Below are positions 24,835 through 39,146 of a stretch of 46,247 bases of DNA, piece after piece (the stretch's first letter is position 1; each line of letters starts with the position of its first letter). The notes below the pieces were generated by a model. That model had not been told where the DNA came from. It searched no databases and was given only the letters and a program-made list of their open reading frames with translations. Source of the DNA: Octopus bimaculoides (Eukaryota); NCBI RefSeq assembly GCF_001194135.2, contig NC_068985.1, positions 123,207,572 to 123,253,818 on the forward strand. The letters are read 5' to 3'. A program made the translations under genes and the position numbers.

Positions 24835-25620
24835 NNNNNNNNNNNNNNNNNNNNNNNNNNNNNNNNNNNNNNNNNNNNNNNNNNNNNNNNNNNNNNNNNN
24901 NNNNNNNNNNNNNNNNNNNNNNNNNNNNNNNNNNNNNNNNNNNNNNNNNNNNNNNNNNNNNNNNNNNNNNNNNNNNNNNNNNNNNNNNNNNNNNNNNNNN
25001 NNNNNNNNNNNNNNNNNNNNNNNNNNNNNNNNNNNNNNNNNNNNNNNNNNNNNNNNNNNNNNNNNNNNNNNNNNNNNNNNNNNNNNNNNNNNNNNNNNNN
25101 NNNNNNNNNNNNNNNNNNNNNNNNNNNNNNNNNNNNNNNNNNNNNNNNNNNNNNNNNNNNNNNNNNNNNNNNNNNNNNNNNNNNNNNNNNNNNNNNNNNN
25201 NNNNNNNNNNNNNNNNNNNNNNNNNNNNNNNNNNNNNNNNNNNNNNNNNNNNNNNNNNNNNNNNNNNNNNNNNNNNNNNNNNNNNNNNNNNNNNNNNNNN
25301 NNNNNNNNNNNNNNNNNNNNNNNNNNNNNNNNNNNNNNNNNNNNNNNNNNNNNNNNNNNNNNNNNNNNNNNNNNNNNNNNNNNNNNNNNNNNNNNNNNNN
25401 NNNNNNNNNNNNNNNNNNNNNNNNNNNNCCGGACAATGGACACGAGTTAGAATAAGAGAAGTAATAAACGAGTGAAGAACGAATATATAGTGCGTGTGTT
25501 TATTCAGCAAAAAATAAAAATGACCGTCTCGAAATACAACATTATGTTTCAACACACGGCTTCACATCAACAATTTTGCAACACAAACTCATAATATATA
25601 ATATAATAGAAGCTACTTGT

Positions 25621-25850
25621 AAGGAGACCAGCTGGCAGAAACGTTAGCACGCCGGGCGAAATGCTTGGCAGTATTTCGTCTACCGTTACGTTCTGAGTTC
25701 AAATTCCGCCGATGTCGATTTTACCTTTCGGGGTCGATAAATTAAGTACCAGTTACGCACTGGAGTCGATAGAATCGACTTAGTCCCTTTGGCTGTCTTT
25801 GTTTGCCCCCTCTGTGTGTAGCCCCTGTGGGTAGTAAAGAAATAAGAAAC
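25621..25850 (+). mobile_element. tRNA-derived SINE family B
   Basis: agctggcagaaacgttagcacgccgggcgaaatgc, gagttcaaattccgcc, ggggtcgataaattaagtaccag. Confidence 0.9.
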
Positions 25851-26639
25851 TACTTGCACAAGGTTTCAGACCGTGAAATCGAACTCTAAATCACTTGGTT
25901 GCGAGTTTCATTTCTTAACCATCCATACTTACACCATGATAATACTTTGGTGATATACATTTAGAATTTTATAAAATATTACTGTCACTGTAAAATTATA
26001 TTGTAATCGAAGTATTTGCATGTAATACACACTTTGTCGTACACATTTTGTAATGAACAGAGAGATTACGTTACAAGAAAGCCTGCAAAAGTACGAGTGT
26101 AGAGTTACACATTAAAAAGTCCAGGAATTTGTTTCCATTGTCTTATTTTATTCCCTCCAATACCTAATTCCCATTCTAAGTGATTAACTGTTCGGGTCTT
26201 TGAAACATTATCTTCATGGAGAATAAATACAAAACCAAGATTTCAGAAATAAATGGCTAAAATATTCTACAGGCCAATATTCATCTATGATGTATCGATT
26301 AACGTAGACAGTGTTTTTATATGACACTCGTCTTGTTATATGAATATGTTGGTGTTATGATAAACATTGCCACACGTGTATGTACGCACGCATATGCATA
26401 TGTATACAGACGTACTTTTCTAAACACACAAAAAATATATATATGCATGTGTGTATGTATGTGTGTGTGCGTGCGCGCGCGCGTCTGTGTGTTTATTTCG
26501 TATGTGTGTGTGTGCGTGTGTGTGTGTTTATTTCGACACTTTTCAAAGCTGATAAAGCCAAAACTACGGTTAAGTAACTGCGTTTCATGTAATCGATGTT
26601 TGAAGGGGTACAAGCATCTTGAAAAAGAAGAGTGCGATT

Positions 26640-27600
26640 AATTACGAAGACTACGGCTTGAATTCCTTCAGAAAACAGTTGCTTTATACCTTTAGTTCTT
26701 TAGGCCTTAGAGTTTCTATTGACACCAACCTATGACATTTCTTTAGACCTTAAGACTAATTCCTATTAACTTTTCTGTAAGCCCTACGAAAATGTAAAAT
26801 ATATTGATAAACATTTCAGCTACCCTCCTATTATAGCTAAGAACTTAGTTCTTAACATTAAACGTAAACTCACGTTTTTCTTCATCTAGAGAAATGGATA
26901 GCGGTCTTAATCATAAAATCTTTTATAACCCTCCTCCTCCTCCTCCTCCTCCTCCACAATATCTAGTTGTAAGAATAGGTCACGCAATATTTTATGGCCC
27001 GTCTCGCCCGTCTCATCTAAATGTTAGAGCAAATATAAGTAGAAAATTCTTGCCCTTATCAGATATTCACTTCCCCAGAAAACCTTCGCATACGATATTC
27101 AGTAGGCACACAAATTTACATATTCCTGTACATCAGTGTAAAGATCTATATCAGTAAACAACCGATGACTCGGACCAGTCCTAGATGCACATACAGAGAT
27201 AAATTTAAATATCGTATAGGGTAGGTAGGCGATATATCCTGCGTGGATAGAGAAGCACAAGTAACGCAAAATAATGGCAGCGGCCAGACAGAGACTCAAT
27301 GCTACATAATATATATAAGGTCTGTTGAAAGAAAATTTAAGATACAACAGACATCTTTCTACTTTTAGCCACCCCACGAAGAGACATAAAAATCCTCTCG
27401 GGTTTAAGGACGCGAACATCAACTACAATATCAAATAGATGGTCCATTTTAAGACTATATCTTACATTAACAGGTCAAAGAAATGTTCCATATACTCGCT
27501 TGAAAAACTCTATCAATAAATAACCTAAGAACCTCCAGGGACTGTATAAATACCAAAAGTGAGATTTGTTTTCATTATGTTGACATCGAGTAAATCTTAA
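26640..27600 (+). pseudogene. Penelope-like element relic: RT C-terminus, thumb, linker and GIY-YIG endonuclease
   Basis: YEDYGL (decayed YRDDGL), FSSLGLRVSIDTN, KPYENVKYI..YPPIIAKN, NVRANISRKFLPLSDIHFP..IFSR, YIRSVERKFK, RWSIL, CSIYSLEK, C*HR in collinear order with frameshifts. Confidence 0.75.
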
Positions 27601-27984
27601 CGGAATTATTAAAGATAAACCACTGGCCAGACCCATAACCCATTCCATTGATGGTTTATGAAATTTTCGACACTCGTAAAAGACTACCTATGTTTGTTGT
27701 GGATTAAATATCTCCTCTTCTTGATCACTCTCTGTCTTTATCAAAATACGCTTGCTCATTGAAACCTGAATTACATCAAATGTCGAAATAAATCTAATAT
27801 TTCGACCAGGAAACCCATCAATATCATCATATCTACTCAAAATATATTTGTCCGCTTCATAGTACAAGATATCTAATGCAGATTTCGCGCAGCGGGCTCC
27901 ACCTCAGAACTTTTATAACATGATAAAATACTGTAAAGCGTTATTGTAAAATTCTATATATTTATTACGTTTAAGGTGACCTAG

Positions 27985-28210
27985 GTGCTGAGCTGACAGA
28001 ATTGTTACCGCGTCGCACAAAATGCTTAGCGGCATTTCTTACGGCTTTTTACGTTCTAATTTCAAATGCTACGGAGGTCGAATTTATCCCATCCTTTCGA
28101 GATCAATCAAATAAGTACCAATAGAATCAATTAAGTAGAATCAAATAAATATCAGTAATCGAGTAACCCCAATTTCTCCATGCAGCTTGTCTTGTATCAA
28201 AATTAGAAAG
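27985..28210 (+). mobile_element. SINE family B, degenerate
   Basis: gagctgacagaattgtta..aaatgcttagcggcattt..aaataagtacca. Confidence 0.65.
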
Positions 28211-28304
28211 TTTTATGAATAAGATGACCGTCGTTTTCAGTTGATAAATACGTTATTATAATATTTTCTCTGCCATACATGTATTCATAGTTAGCGTATA
28301 GAGT

Positions 28305-28480
28305 CTCGTGTAGGTATAGCTGAGTGTTTAAGACGTTTGCTTCACAATCATGACATCCCAAGTTCGATCGCACTATATGGAATCCTGGACATCATATTCC
28401 ATAGCCTTCAGGTCGACACAAGCCTTGTGAATAAACTTGGATCGGCAGAAACTGTGGAAACTTATCACAGGAACTGGACC
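28305..28480 (+). mobile_element. SINE family A-like, degenerate
   Basis: tRNA-like head with agttcgatc, then catagccttcaggtcgacacaagccttgtga..ggcagaaactg. Confidence 0.5.
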
Positions 28481-28856
28481 TGTAATTCAAGGCTCCAGTT
28501 ATGTTACATGGTGTATCAGCGTCAGGTTTATTCTGTTGGCAAATTACGTCAAGTATACGTGTGTTTGTAGAATGCTTAATCACTAACACTGCAACAATTC
28601 AATGTGTTTAGGTCATAGAACAACAATAATACGTATTATAGAACTGAGAAGTGATTCATTTGACTAAATAAATAAGAATCAAAATGAAACTTCACCTTTG
28701 ATACCGATCTATGAATGGCTGAAACCGCCACTTGCTCTCCGAATATTTCTGATTTGTGTGGGTATTTAAAAAAACAATCATTTATATATTAAAAAAGGAC
28801 ATATCGCATTGTACATTTTAAACAAAGAATCAGAATTTTTTATGTTGGCAAATAAT

Positions 28857-29300
28857 GTCACTCCCCCACCACCCTCTCCCTCTCTCTCTCTCCCTCTCTC
28901 TCTCCCTCTCCCTCTCTCTCTCTCTCTCTCACTCTCTCTCGCACACATTCTTGCTCTTCTAATTTTTCTCTTTCATTAATTTTCTCTCTCTCTGTCCCCC
29001 TCCCTCTNNNNNNNNNNNNNNNNNNNNNNNNNNNNNNNNNNNNNNNNNNNNNNNNNNNNNNNNNNNNNNNNNNNNNNNNNNNNNNNNNNNNNNNNNNNNN
29101 NNNGTCACTCCCCCACCACCCTCTCCCTCTCTCTCTCTCCCTCTCTCTCTCCCTCTCCCTCTCTCTCTCTCTCTCTCACTCTCTCTCGCACACATTCTTG
29201 CTCTTCTAATTTTTCTCTTTCATTAATTTTCTCTCTCTCTGTCCCCCTCCCTCTGCCCCTCTCTCTCTCTGTCCCCCTCCCTCTCCCCCCTCTCTCTCAA
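28857..29300. repeat. (CT)-rich tract with ~150-bp direct duplication across an N-gap
   Basis: 28857-29007 is repeated at 29104-29253; probably an assembly overlap artefact. Confidence 0.7.
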
Positions 29301-31404
29301 TGTAACTGTCTCTTTCTTTTCACATCCTTCACATTTCTAAAGCTAAATTCAAATCAAGTCAAACGGTGTATTTCCTCTTCCCCATCCTCCTCTTCCTCCT
29401 CCTCCTGATTCATTTCCTTCTTTCTCTCTTCCTTTCTCGCTCTTTCACCCACTCTCTTATTCATCCTCTCTCTCTCACTCTCACTCTTAATTCGATAAAT
29501 TACAATATTTACGATATTTTTTTGCATATTTTGAGGCGTTTGTGGAGGAAGAAGATGAAGTCACAGAAAAAAACATCTTGAGGTCATATTTCTCAGTAAT
29601 TTCATCACATTCATTTGAAAGCTACCCGAAGATGCAAGGAAAACTGTATTTATAACTAATAAATAAGTAGAGGCGTTTTTTCCCCACTTTTTCCATTTTT
29701 TCGATGCATTTGTGGAGACAGAATATACTGTCGCAGAGTTCTAAGATTTTACACCAGTTATTCTGATGTCCATTTACAACTTTCCCGCACTATTCTCCTA
29801 TCACACAATCGAAAATCGTGAAAAACCACTCCACCCTAATATTCATTTTACTTCAAACAGTCATTTATTTTCAAATACGGTGAAGGTGACAATTAATGTA
29901 TATTTATGATAGAGGAAAAGGAAACTGAATTGAAATAATCGGTGAAAGCACGTGGCCTAGTCGTTAGGTGTCAAGGGTAGACGATCATTATGTTGTAGGT
30001 TTCGGCTGTCTAAATGCCTCGTAGACCCGAGTAACCTGTCTAATAACGAGGCCTTAGGCTCAATCCAAGCTTTTTTTAATATTTAAAGAAGAAAATATGC
30101 TATTGGTTCTACTTTTTTTTATCGAGTCAACAGAGTGGTCTTAGAAGGATTAATGGGGCCGCAAAGCAATGCCTCTTTTCTCGGCCCCTTTAATATTCCC
30201 AGTATTCCATCGGTACTTTATCGATTCCGAAGGAATGGAAGCAAAGTCGACTTAGGAGCAATTTGAACTCAGGACATACACTGCCAAAAAATATACCTCA
30301 ACGAAGTCCATTGGACAGTCAATGACTGCCAGTTTGTAATCTTGCTGTCACTGGTCTGTCTTTATCAAGTCTAACCCAATCAATTTTCATTCAGTTTCGA
30401 ATGAAAAATATAAGTTTTCTAGTCGTAGCATGGAATGTTGGGAAGTGGGGTTGCTTAAAACGTAACTAACCTTAACATTATATCATACATGTTATAAAGC
30501 TTGTGATATTGTGGCGTCTAAATGAAAGAAAAAAGTTCTTTATCTATATGTGTATTTCCCTAATTTATCCATCTGCAAGTAGTATCTCACCAAATTTCCT
30601 TTCTCTCTAAGTATGCATGCATATATGTATCTTGTTCTCTTTTTTTAAATTCGTTCAGTTCAAAAAGAAGAGCTTATCTGTTGCCAACATTGCGGAAGGA
30701 TACACGACAATAGCTATAGTAGTGAAATATATGTCCATAGTTCTAGTATCTCTTAAAATTAGAATGACCTTTTCAAGGCAAAATGTTGGAGTTTCACTTT
30801 ATTCATTTCAATTAATATTAGACTTCTAATATTCAAGAATTATAAGATTCTGTTCCTATGGAGAAGTGAAATTATCCAAATGAAACAATGTTTTCCTTTT
30901 CGATTCCATTAACATCTGCCCTTATGTGATATAATATTACCTTCAATATGAACGGTCAGTGGTGTGAATGCATCCTGACTTACTTAAAGTTCTCTCTACT
31001 ACTAAGTATAAGAAAATAATCTCTTCCCTTAATATCTAAAAAGGCCATTTTAAGTTTGAGTGATGCCAGAACTATGGGCATATCATATTTCACTTCTATC
31101 TCTACTGTTCTGTATCCTGATATTTTGTTCCATCATCAAGAATATAATTTAAGAACGCATAACTAACACTTGAATCTTCAGTTCGTTTCACTCACCTGTA
31201 TAGATAACAACTTGAATAAGCCGCACAAAAATTCCCAGCTTTGGATGAATGTATTTTTCAATTGATTTAATATAAATCAACAAAATATACATAAGTGATT
31301 CATCAAAAACACATGTCAGAATGGACTTTGATGTTTGAGGAAAAAAATACTTAAATATACTTTGAAAATATATAATTCATCATTCTTCATTGTGATATCT
31401 GTTA

Positions 31405-31488
<84 letters not shown>

Positions 31489-31491
<3 letters not shown>

Positions 31492-31733
31492 GGTGGCCCA
31501 AAAGTAGGTTTACAGTTATCACGTAGACACTTTGAATTTCTTTTAAAACATTTTATTACGTTTAAATTTCTACCTTACAAACTGAAAAGGGTACTTAACA
31601 ACTTAACAAAATTAACTAAATTAGCATAGAATAATGGCTTTATATTTTTTTATATAATCCAGATCTAAACTGTTAATATATGAATGCAAAAGATATCGTT
31701 GAATAACTGTAAACCTACTTTTGGGCTACCCTG
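31489..31733. mobile_element. Tc1/mariner-type MITE, 31-bp TIRs, TA flanks
   Basis: cagggtggcccaaaagtaggtttacagttat and ataactgtaaacctacttttgggctaccctg differ by one mismatch; TA on both sides. Confidence 0.9.
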
Positions 31734-31957
31734 TATATACATGATAGCTAAATAGCTAGCTAGATGTATTACTTTATATTATATTATGTGTATATATATA
31801 ATGTGTATATGTATGTATGTATATATATGCAATTTAATATTTCGAGTTTTATCATGCTGTCTCATCCAGAAATGACATGTCAACTCTCGATCAATCATTT
31901 TTTATGTTCAATATCTCAAACATGACCAATTAACAACAATTTATTTTAACACTTTGA

Positions 31958-32083
31958 AACTTACTCAGTGACTGCCTATACGGCTTCTATAAATCTATAG
32001 CCACAGATCTGCTGTCTCATGTCAACCAACAGTGGTCATTTGCTCCTGAAAGGGTCTGTGGAAGCAATATTCGTTGCTCTTGA
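31958..32083 (+). pseudogene. Non-LTR retrotransposon RT fragment (Jockey/CR1-like)
   Basis: NLLSDCLYGFYKSIATDLL..QW..EAIFVALD resembles the LINE RT pattern LxDxQYGFRxxRSTxDLL..VALD. Confidence 0.55.
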
Positions 32084-34301
32084 CTGCACAATATAACTGG
32101 TTGTGCCATCATAAACAGAGACTTCAGAGATTTCTCTGGAAGTTACATGGCAACAGAGATAATCGCTGTGCTGTGGCAACATTCTTATGAATCTTTCATT
32201 ACGAGTAACTAGAACAATTGGTACTTTCGCCGAGTGCAGTCAATCAATTAACAATCAACACCGAAGAGAAGCCAAAGTGTGAAACGGTTTCAGTGGTGAC
32301 TTTTTTTTACAAGATACCGTACATTCATACATTAAAAATTGTCCAGCTCTTGCCAATATTGCACCCATTCTTCGCGTCTGTTCACTTGTTGCAATAAGTT
32401 GAACACAGAATGGGCTTTGTGGAATTTGTCTAGACACTCACTCTGTTTGACACTTATATGTAATGTGTAAGCAATCAACTAGCCTGGAATGCTTTGGAAA
32501 ACTGATATCCTCACTCTTGACTACAATATTTACTTGTGATATGGCAAGCCAGTTTCATACTTATTTCGCAATCCTTATATTTAAATTCGCATCTGTATGT
32601 TATTATCTGTAAAACGTCAATAAATTATACCAGTTTCCAAATTCACTTGTGCCTTATCCAGAGTTCTAGTGAATGCTTCCAAGTTGATAATGTATATTTT
32701 ACTTTGATATTTGTATAGCATTCTTTTTATGATTCGATCCAGCCATGATGCATTATAGAGGAAATCCCTCTATTCATTCCAGGGTTATAGGTCAGTATGA
32801 TTTGAAGAATTCATCTGTGAGCAGCTCTTTCTGTTAGAATGATTGGTTCCTTTCATTCTCTGATATAAGACTTACGGGTTGGAATTCAACACTGCTAATA
32901 ATGATTCGTTGATGTAATCTATTTCGGTGTTTATTATGATATCAGCGCTTTATTTATATTATCTATACCACCTATTGTAGCTTTTAAGAATTTTTGAATA
33001 TATCTAGAATTAACTGGTATTACAAGGGTTGGAATAACACTTGCTATCTGAGATAGAAACTTATTTCAGGCAACAAATGATATCTGCTATAGGAGCTGTT
33101 AAGCTGTACAGAGAGTCTAAGCTTGAATGATTTTTTTTTCTCATAGTATATCACATACATTAACCAGATAAAAGCTAAACAGAATAAGGTCCCTGAAATT
33201 ATAGAGGAGCAATTTAAACTAATTTTACTGAAGTCTTCTGTGCTTCCCCATTTGATACAGGCGTGCCTCGCGTATTTTTGTATGTAGGTCAACTTTTATG
33301 CATCTAAATACGTTTGTTTGAATGTAATTATATATGTGTATATGTTATCATTCATTTCCTACAAGGAAGGAGACGGTTCTTAACAATGAAACAAAAGCTC
33401 CATTACTAGAAATTGGATAACAACGATAAGTTGGACTTTGAAAATTATGGCCTAGCAATTTTGCTATAGTTTGTATTTCTAGAATGTACTAGCTGATCGC
33501 TTTCTTTGCTTGAAAATCCTTAACTTTCCGAGGTTGTCGCTTAAGTTTTTTCTAACATAACTGTGCACACCAATATTTATAGGTATAAATATGAAATTAT
33601 AATCTAGGTAGAGAAACTATACGTTTTAAAGGGTTTATTCATATATATTAACATTCTCATTGATATTTTGGACATAATTTCGCATCTCCAATGCAGTTGG
33701 ATATTATAATTGTGCATAATTTATTTTATTTTCTGTACCAAACAACTAATCAGACGCATTTCATAGATGTATTTGTTAACTAAAATTGTATCCACAGTGG
33801 AATGAAAAAAATTATTACTTTTAATGATAAATTCTTGTCCCAGTAATCAGTAGTATATATATTAAAGATACAGTCGGGGTGTCATCTATGGATTTCTCAT
33901 AAGCTCGGTATAGTGAGTTTCTTGTTTTTTTAACTTTAACATATAGGTCTAACATCTGTAAGACTTCTTATTTCTGCTCCTGTACACTCTCTTTTTCTCT
34001 GACCCATATCCTTTTCTGGCTTGTTATGCTTATATTTTATAGTTGCTTTGAGAGTTGTTTCCTCCATTATCCTTTGTATTATGTATGCATAATGATATAT
34101 TATCTTCGCAGTTTGTATTAATAAACAGATCGTGTTTGCCTGAGAATGTTGCAGCCAAAGACAATCGTTTCAAAAAAGATATATGGTCAGCAATGAAGAC
34201 GGAAGGCCCATCAAATTCTTCCAATGAGGGCATAAATCATAAAGAGGTTAGAGACTGCAGTTACACTGGGCTATATGTTGTTGACAGGAAACACATTTCC
34301 T

Positions 34302-34558
34302 GATGTCTGTAACAAGCTTCAAAACATCAGAATACCAAGGCTTTCAAGACATGTATAGAAAGTATTCTTCTCTTTGCAGCCGAAACCGGATCTATAAAGA
34401 CAGACCTTCAAGATGACCTTGATGCTACGTGCAGCAGGTTTCTCATGAGAGCGCAGAATATCTCATAGCCTAAGGACAAATCAAAAGTGGAGATTTGTAG
34501 ACTCATTATACACATTTCTACTATTATTACTCGACGCTGAGAAGTTTTTGCTTGCCAT
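34302..34558 (+). pseudogene. RTE-like LINE RT C-terminal relic
   Basis: CNKL, IESILLFAAET..LDATCSRFLMRAQNIS*, ISTIITRR*..FACH resemble ESxLLYGxETW..LD..R.L..NISW..RRLxFAGH. Confidence 0.7.
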
Positions 34559-35231
34559 GACGTTGAACAGCAATTCTATATAAGTTGTTTCATTTTAGAA
34601 ATTTCCACACACTAATAAAAAGTTAAAATCCCTTACCTACATTTCTGTTATTGGCAGAGAGATACAATATACCATTGAAACTCTACCAAAGATAATGGGA
34701 GCCAAAGATAACCTATGTAGTAGTATGATATTTATAAATGCATCAGCCGCTGGAAGATGTATGCATGAATATGCATGTATATATACATATATATATATAT
34801 ACGNNNNNNNNNNNNNNNNNNNNNNNNNNNNNNNNNNNNNNNNNNNNNNNNNNNNNNNNNNNNNNNNNNNNNNNNNNNNNNNNNNNNNNNNNNNNNNNNN
34901 NNNNNNNNNNNNNNNNNNNNNNNNNNNNNNNNNNNNNNNNNNNNNNNNNNNNNNNNNNNNNNNNNNNNNNNNNNNNNNNNNNNNNNNNNNNNNNNNNNNN
35001 NNNNNNNNNNNNNNNNNNNNNNNNNNNNNCATTTCTATTCTGTATAAGTCGGACTTCTTTTTTTATATGCATACATATGTACATTTTTGTATTAGATGTA
35101 TTTAATACTTTTTGTATATCGACTTACCTAACTTGCTTGTCCTTACATTTACTCCTCTACCTGCTCAAGTTCAAATCTCTTGAGCACTACGAAGTGTATT
35201 CTATACAGAGAATACCTGTCTTTAATCTATA

Positions 35232-35279
<48 letters not shown>

Positions 35280-35319
35280 GCATACGAACATATGCACACG
35301 CACAATATACACACGCATA

Positions 35320-35353
<34 letters not shown>

Positions 35354-36034
35354 CGATGTATATACGATGTATATGTACGTGCATATTAATCGTTTGCAAG
35401 TCAATATGGAGTTTTTGTGTTAGTAGCATGATTTTCTCACTTTAAATTTATCTCAATATAATTCGGAGCTAGCATTGCATGTTACGGCGTTTCATACACG
35501 AATACGTTATGTAAATAAAGTGATCGAAGATAGAGGAAATAGGTAATGGGTGTATATGCATATTTTAGGAGTCATTGCTCTTTCATCAGCACCACATACA
35601 ACCTATCAATTATCCACGAACGGATTTCTTCAAAACCCACTAAATTTCGCAGTGTAACACAATTGGATACACCAATTTCCATATTAAACACATTCCTGGC
35701 AACTCGTACGTGCATATTAATTGCTAGCAAGGACATAGTATTTTGTTTCTCAACTATAATATACTAGCTGGCTTCATGCCGTAAAAAATACGACTAATTG
35801 TTGTATTTTATATATAAAGAAGGTACAAAATAAGGTACATAATAATGACAGAGACAAACATTCACATACTTCCCTTGTACACGCGCACACATACACATAT
35901 GTGCTCACACAGAGTTGAAACGCTGATTTTTATTTTTCCACCCCTTCCTTCGTTAGTCATCTATCACTCCTTTCTTCCTCATTGATATGTTGTGACGGAG
36001 AAAAACAGAAGATACACGACTTGCTCTTTGCTAC

Positions 36035-36072
<38 letters not shown>

Positions 36073-36357
36073 ATTGCTATTACTTTCTCTCACTCACTTT
36101 CTGTCAGGGCTATTACTCTCACTACGTCTCCTTCACTGAATTATTATTTACTCTCATCTCCTTTCACTTACGCTCATTATTATATTAGGAGATTACCAAG
36201 TATCTTAACGGTTTACAAGTTGATATTGTGTCGTGTGTACGTACCATGAATATGCATGTATGTAGTTATATGTGTGAATATGTGTATGTATGCGGTTGTT
36301 TGTGCATGTTAGTGTGTATGTGTATTTTTGCATATATAGGAATAGTTATAGATAGAT

Positions 36358-36408
<51 letters not shown>

Positions 36409-36779
36409 AAGAGAGAAAGAGGGAGATATTATATACGTATGATGTTCAATATTCCAATATTTGCAATTATCGTACTGCTTTGAGCAAAAGTTATTTGTAA
36501 TCCATCTGCTCGGAGTGATTTTTGTAGGAAGAATGAAACCTTCTTAAATCAGAAGAAAACCTTGACTCCGTTCATTGAAAGCGAGAACAATTGAAATTTG
36601 TTTCATGACAGAATAAAAACATTAATGGCAATAGAAACTTTATAAACAGAAACTCTATAAATCGTATCTTTATAAACAGAACAATCCACATTGTAAAGTA
36701 AAAGGCAGGGATTATCATGAAATCGAATCAGGAATACAACGAAATCTTAATAATACAAAGAATATATGGTGGATTGATA

Positions 36780-37730
36780 CATAAACGCCTATGCAAACAG
36801 GAAACAATCAAGAAAATTCTTCCTGTCTATTCGGAAGACTTTTGGGCTCACAGAACTTTACCAATTTGCGAACGGAAAGCTGAATCCAATTTTAAAAAGG
36901 TGCTATACTGCAAAAGTTACATGAATATTACGAAAATTTTCTAATTCTTCCGTCGAACACATCACAGTGAATTGAAAATATTCGCATCAATTCGTTACAT
37001 TATATCTGGATGTTTTTCTGTCGGTCTCGAAAATGAAGGCCAACGAACCTGCATGATCAAATAAAACACCAGGGTAAAGTATGAAATGTAGTTATCAAAT
37101 CCAACTCACTAGAATGCATTACATTATCATCCGTATGTGGGGCGAAGCAAAGTATTCGTTGATTTGTAACAATGTTTTCAAACAGAGAGCACACACTGCG
37201 GTAAATTACTGAGATTTTTCTCTTCTGTTGCTGGAGAAATTCTTGCAAAATTTCCTAATAGAATGATTCCCACTCCAGAATAAATTCATCCGGAAAGCCA
37301 ATGAGGATTTTAACTCGACCATGAAGCAGTCGTTGTGACCATTTCCTAACTACGCTTTCATAAATAAAAGTGTCCAGAACAGCGTAGGACTCTATACATA
37401 CATTTTTCATGATCATGTCGAAACTTTCATTCCAGTGACATGTGACACTATGTAGAAGCTTCTAGAATACTTTGAATACTTGTCCTGCTTCTTAAGAATT
37501 GTAAAGAGTCTTTATGAAGAGCTGACAAAACAGACTTTTCGGCGGAAACATTCCATACTTTGCAACTATGCTATAATCAGTACCATGGAATTCGATTGGA
37601 ATTTCCACACTGTCAATCATTTCTTTTATCTGGGAAATATTTACTCTAAGGATACCATTGATTCGAAATTGCATTCGCTTTCGCGTATTTTGATTTGGCA
37701 ATCTCGGTAGACTCGTGAAACTGTGCAAAA
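36780..37730 (+). pseudogene. RTE-clade LINE reverse transcriptase relic
   Basis: SVAGEILAK, IHPESQ*GF, KLLEYF..FLRIVKSLY and VNHFFYLGNIYSKD occur in RT order, with many stops, frameshifts and deletions. Confidence 0.75.
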
Positions 37731-37857
37731 TAAACTTCTGTTGCGATGGAATCAATATATGCAATTAGGTGATAGTTTACAAAATGGGTTTTAACACTTC
37801 TGTACGGATATAACCCATGGAAAGGTTTTAAAAATCTGGAAAGGCTTTCATATACAG

Positions 37858-38207
37858 CAGTGGTTCACCAAGGTTCACATGGCCCCCGAAGGTCCATATA
37901 AGGTTAGGAGTGGGTGTGGTGAGGTCCACACAATAAAATAGTAAATTGGGGATTCACAATAATATTTTAAGTGCTCCTGAAAAATGTTTGCATTTGATGT
38001 ATTGGTATGTATTGCAGGAAACAGCCAGATTTCTTAAACATTTTACATAGTTCAACCTACACAAGTTAATTTGTGGAAAACAATATTGGAATTTTAAAAG
38101 AAGTTTCTATAAAACTAGTTTTTTAAACATCGAATGCCAATGGGGTTCCACCGGAATAATATAGTAATCAAAAGGGTCCTTAGATAGAAAATGTTTGAGA
38201 TCCCTTG
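37858..38207. mobile_element. hAT-like MITE, degenerate
   Basis: Ends cagtggttcaccaa and ttgagatcccttg resemble hAT TIRs; 8-bp flanks atatacag and atataaac match at 6 of 8. Confidence 0.5.
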
Positions 38208-38922
38208 ATATAAACTATCTCGTGCATATGTTCGCAAGACCTTGTTACAAATTACGAAATTCTTGATCGTACAAGATTCAATAACATTGAGGCTGGACGT
38301 TGCATTACCAGCTGCAATGAATTGAGAACGCTCAAAGAATGTCAGAATATCAACTGCCGGAGATAATCTTGTTCGATAAATTCCAATATTGAACGTAGCC
38401 AATATGACCAGCGCTATAAAATTACAAGAAATAAAGAAAGCATTCATAGGTTTTGATATTGATATACCTTCGTGGACTGTTGATACTTCTTATCGTCTAT
38501 TCCGTTTTTCAAGTGCTATGGTGGGTGTGAATTCTTTGAAAGTAACTGTAAAGAGGGGCCAGCTGTAAGAGACGCCGTCAGAGGCGAGAAAAAAATTAAA
38601 GATTATCGGCCTTTTAGGAACATTTTCATAAATTAAAAGGAATTAAATCCTGGACGTAGAGGTACCAACGTTGATGCATTATTATGTATGCATGCTTACA
38701 TGCGCGCATGTACAAACTTGTACATACATACATGTATCTATAAGCACACACACTATCATGTACACTATCATGTATATATAAGCACACACACTATCATGTA
38801 CACATTTGTAACCATAGTTAATACGCAAATGAAATTATTATTACATGCGTATGTAATATATATGAATATATTTGTGTGTGTATATACATATATGTATATG
38901 CCTAAGTGTATCTAGCTGTCAG

Positions 38923-39005
<83 letters not shown>

Positions 39006-39062
39006 NNNNNNNNNNNNNNNNNNNNNNNNNNNNNNNNNNNNNNNNNNNNNNNNNNNNNNNNN

Positions 39063-39119
<57 letters not shown>

Positions 39120-39146
39120 GTATGTATGTATGTATGTATGTATGTT

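Noticed and set aside
22997-25555. Long ORFs of 200-280 aa in the ORF track
   Set aside because: They are mostly X residues from N-gaps plus microsatellite translation.
28857-29253. ~150-bp direct duplication
   Set aside because: The copies are nearly identical and sit on either side of an N-gap, typical of unmerged contig overlap.
31959-32180. Minus-strand GTAAGT donor and RFX X-box-like gttacatggcaac as a first exon or promoter
   Set aside because: All three minus frames have stops, and the plus strand near the donor is better explained as a LINE RT relic.
34637-34712. Minus-strand exon candidate bounded by AG and GT
   Set aside because: No recognisable peptide or partner exon; such signals are frequent by chance.
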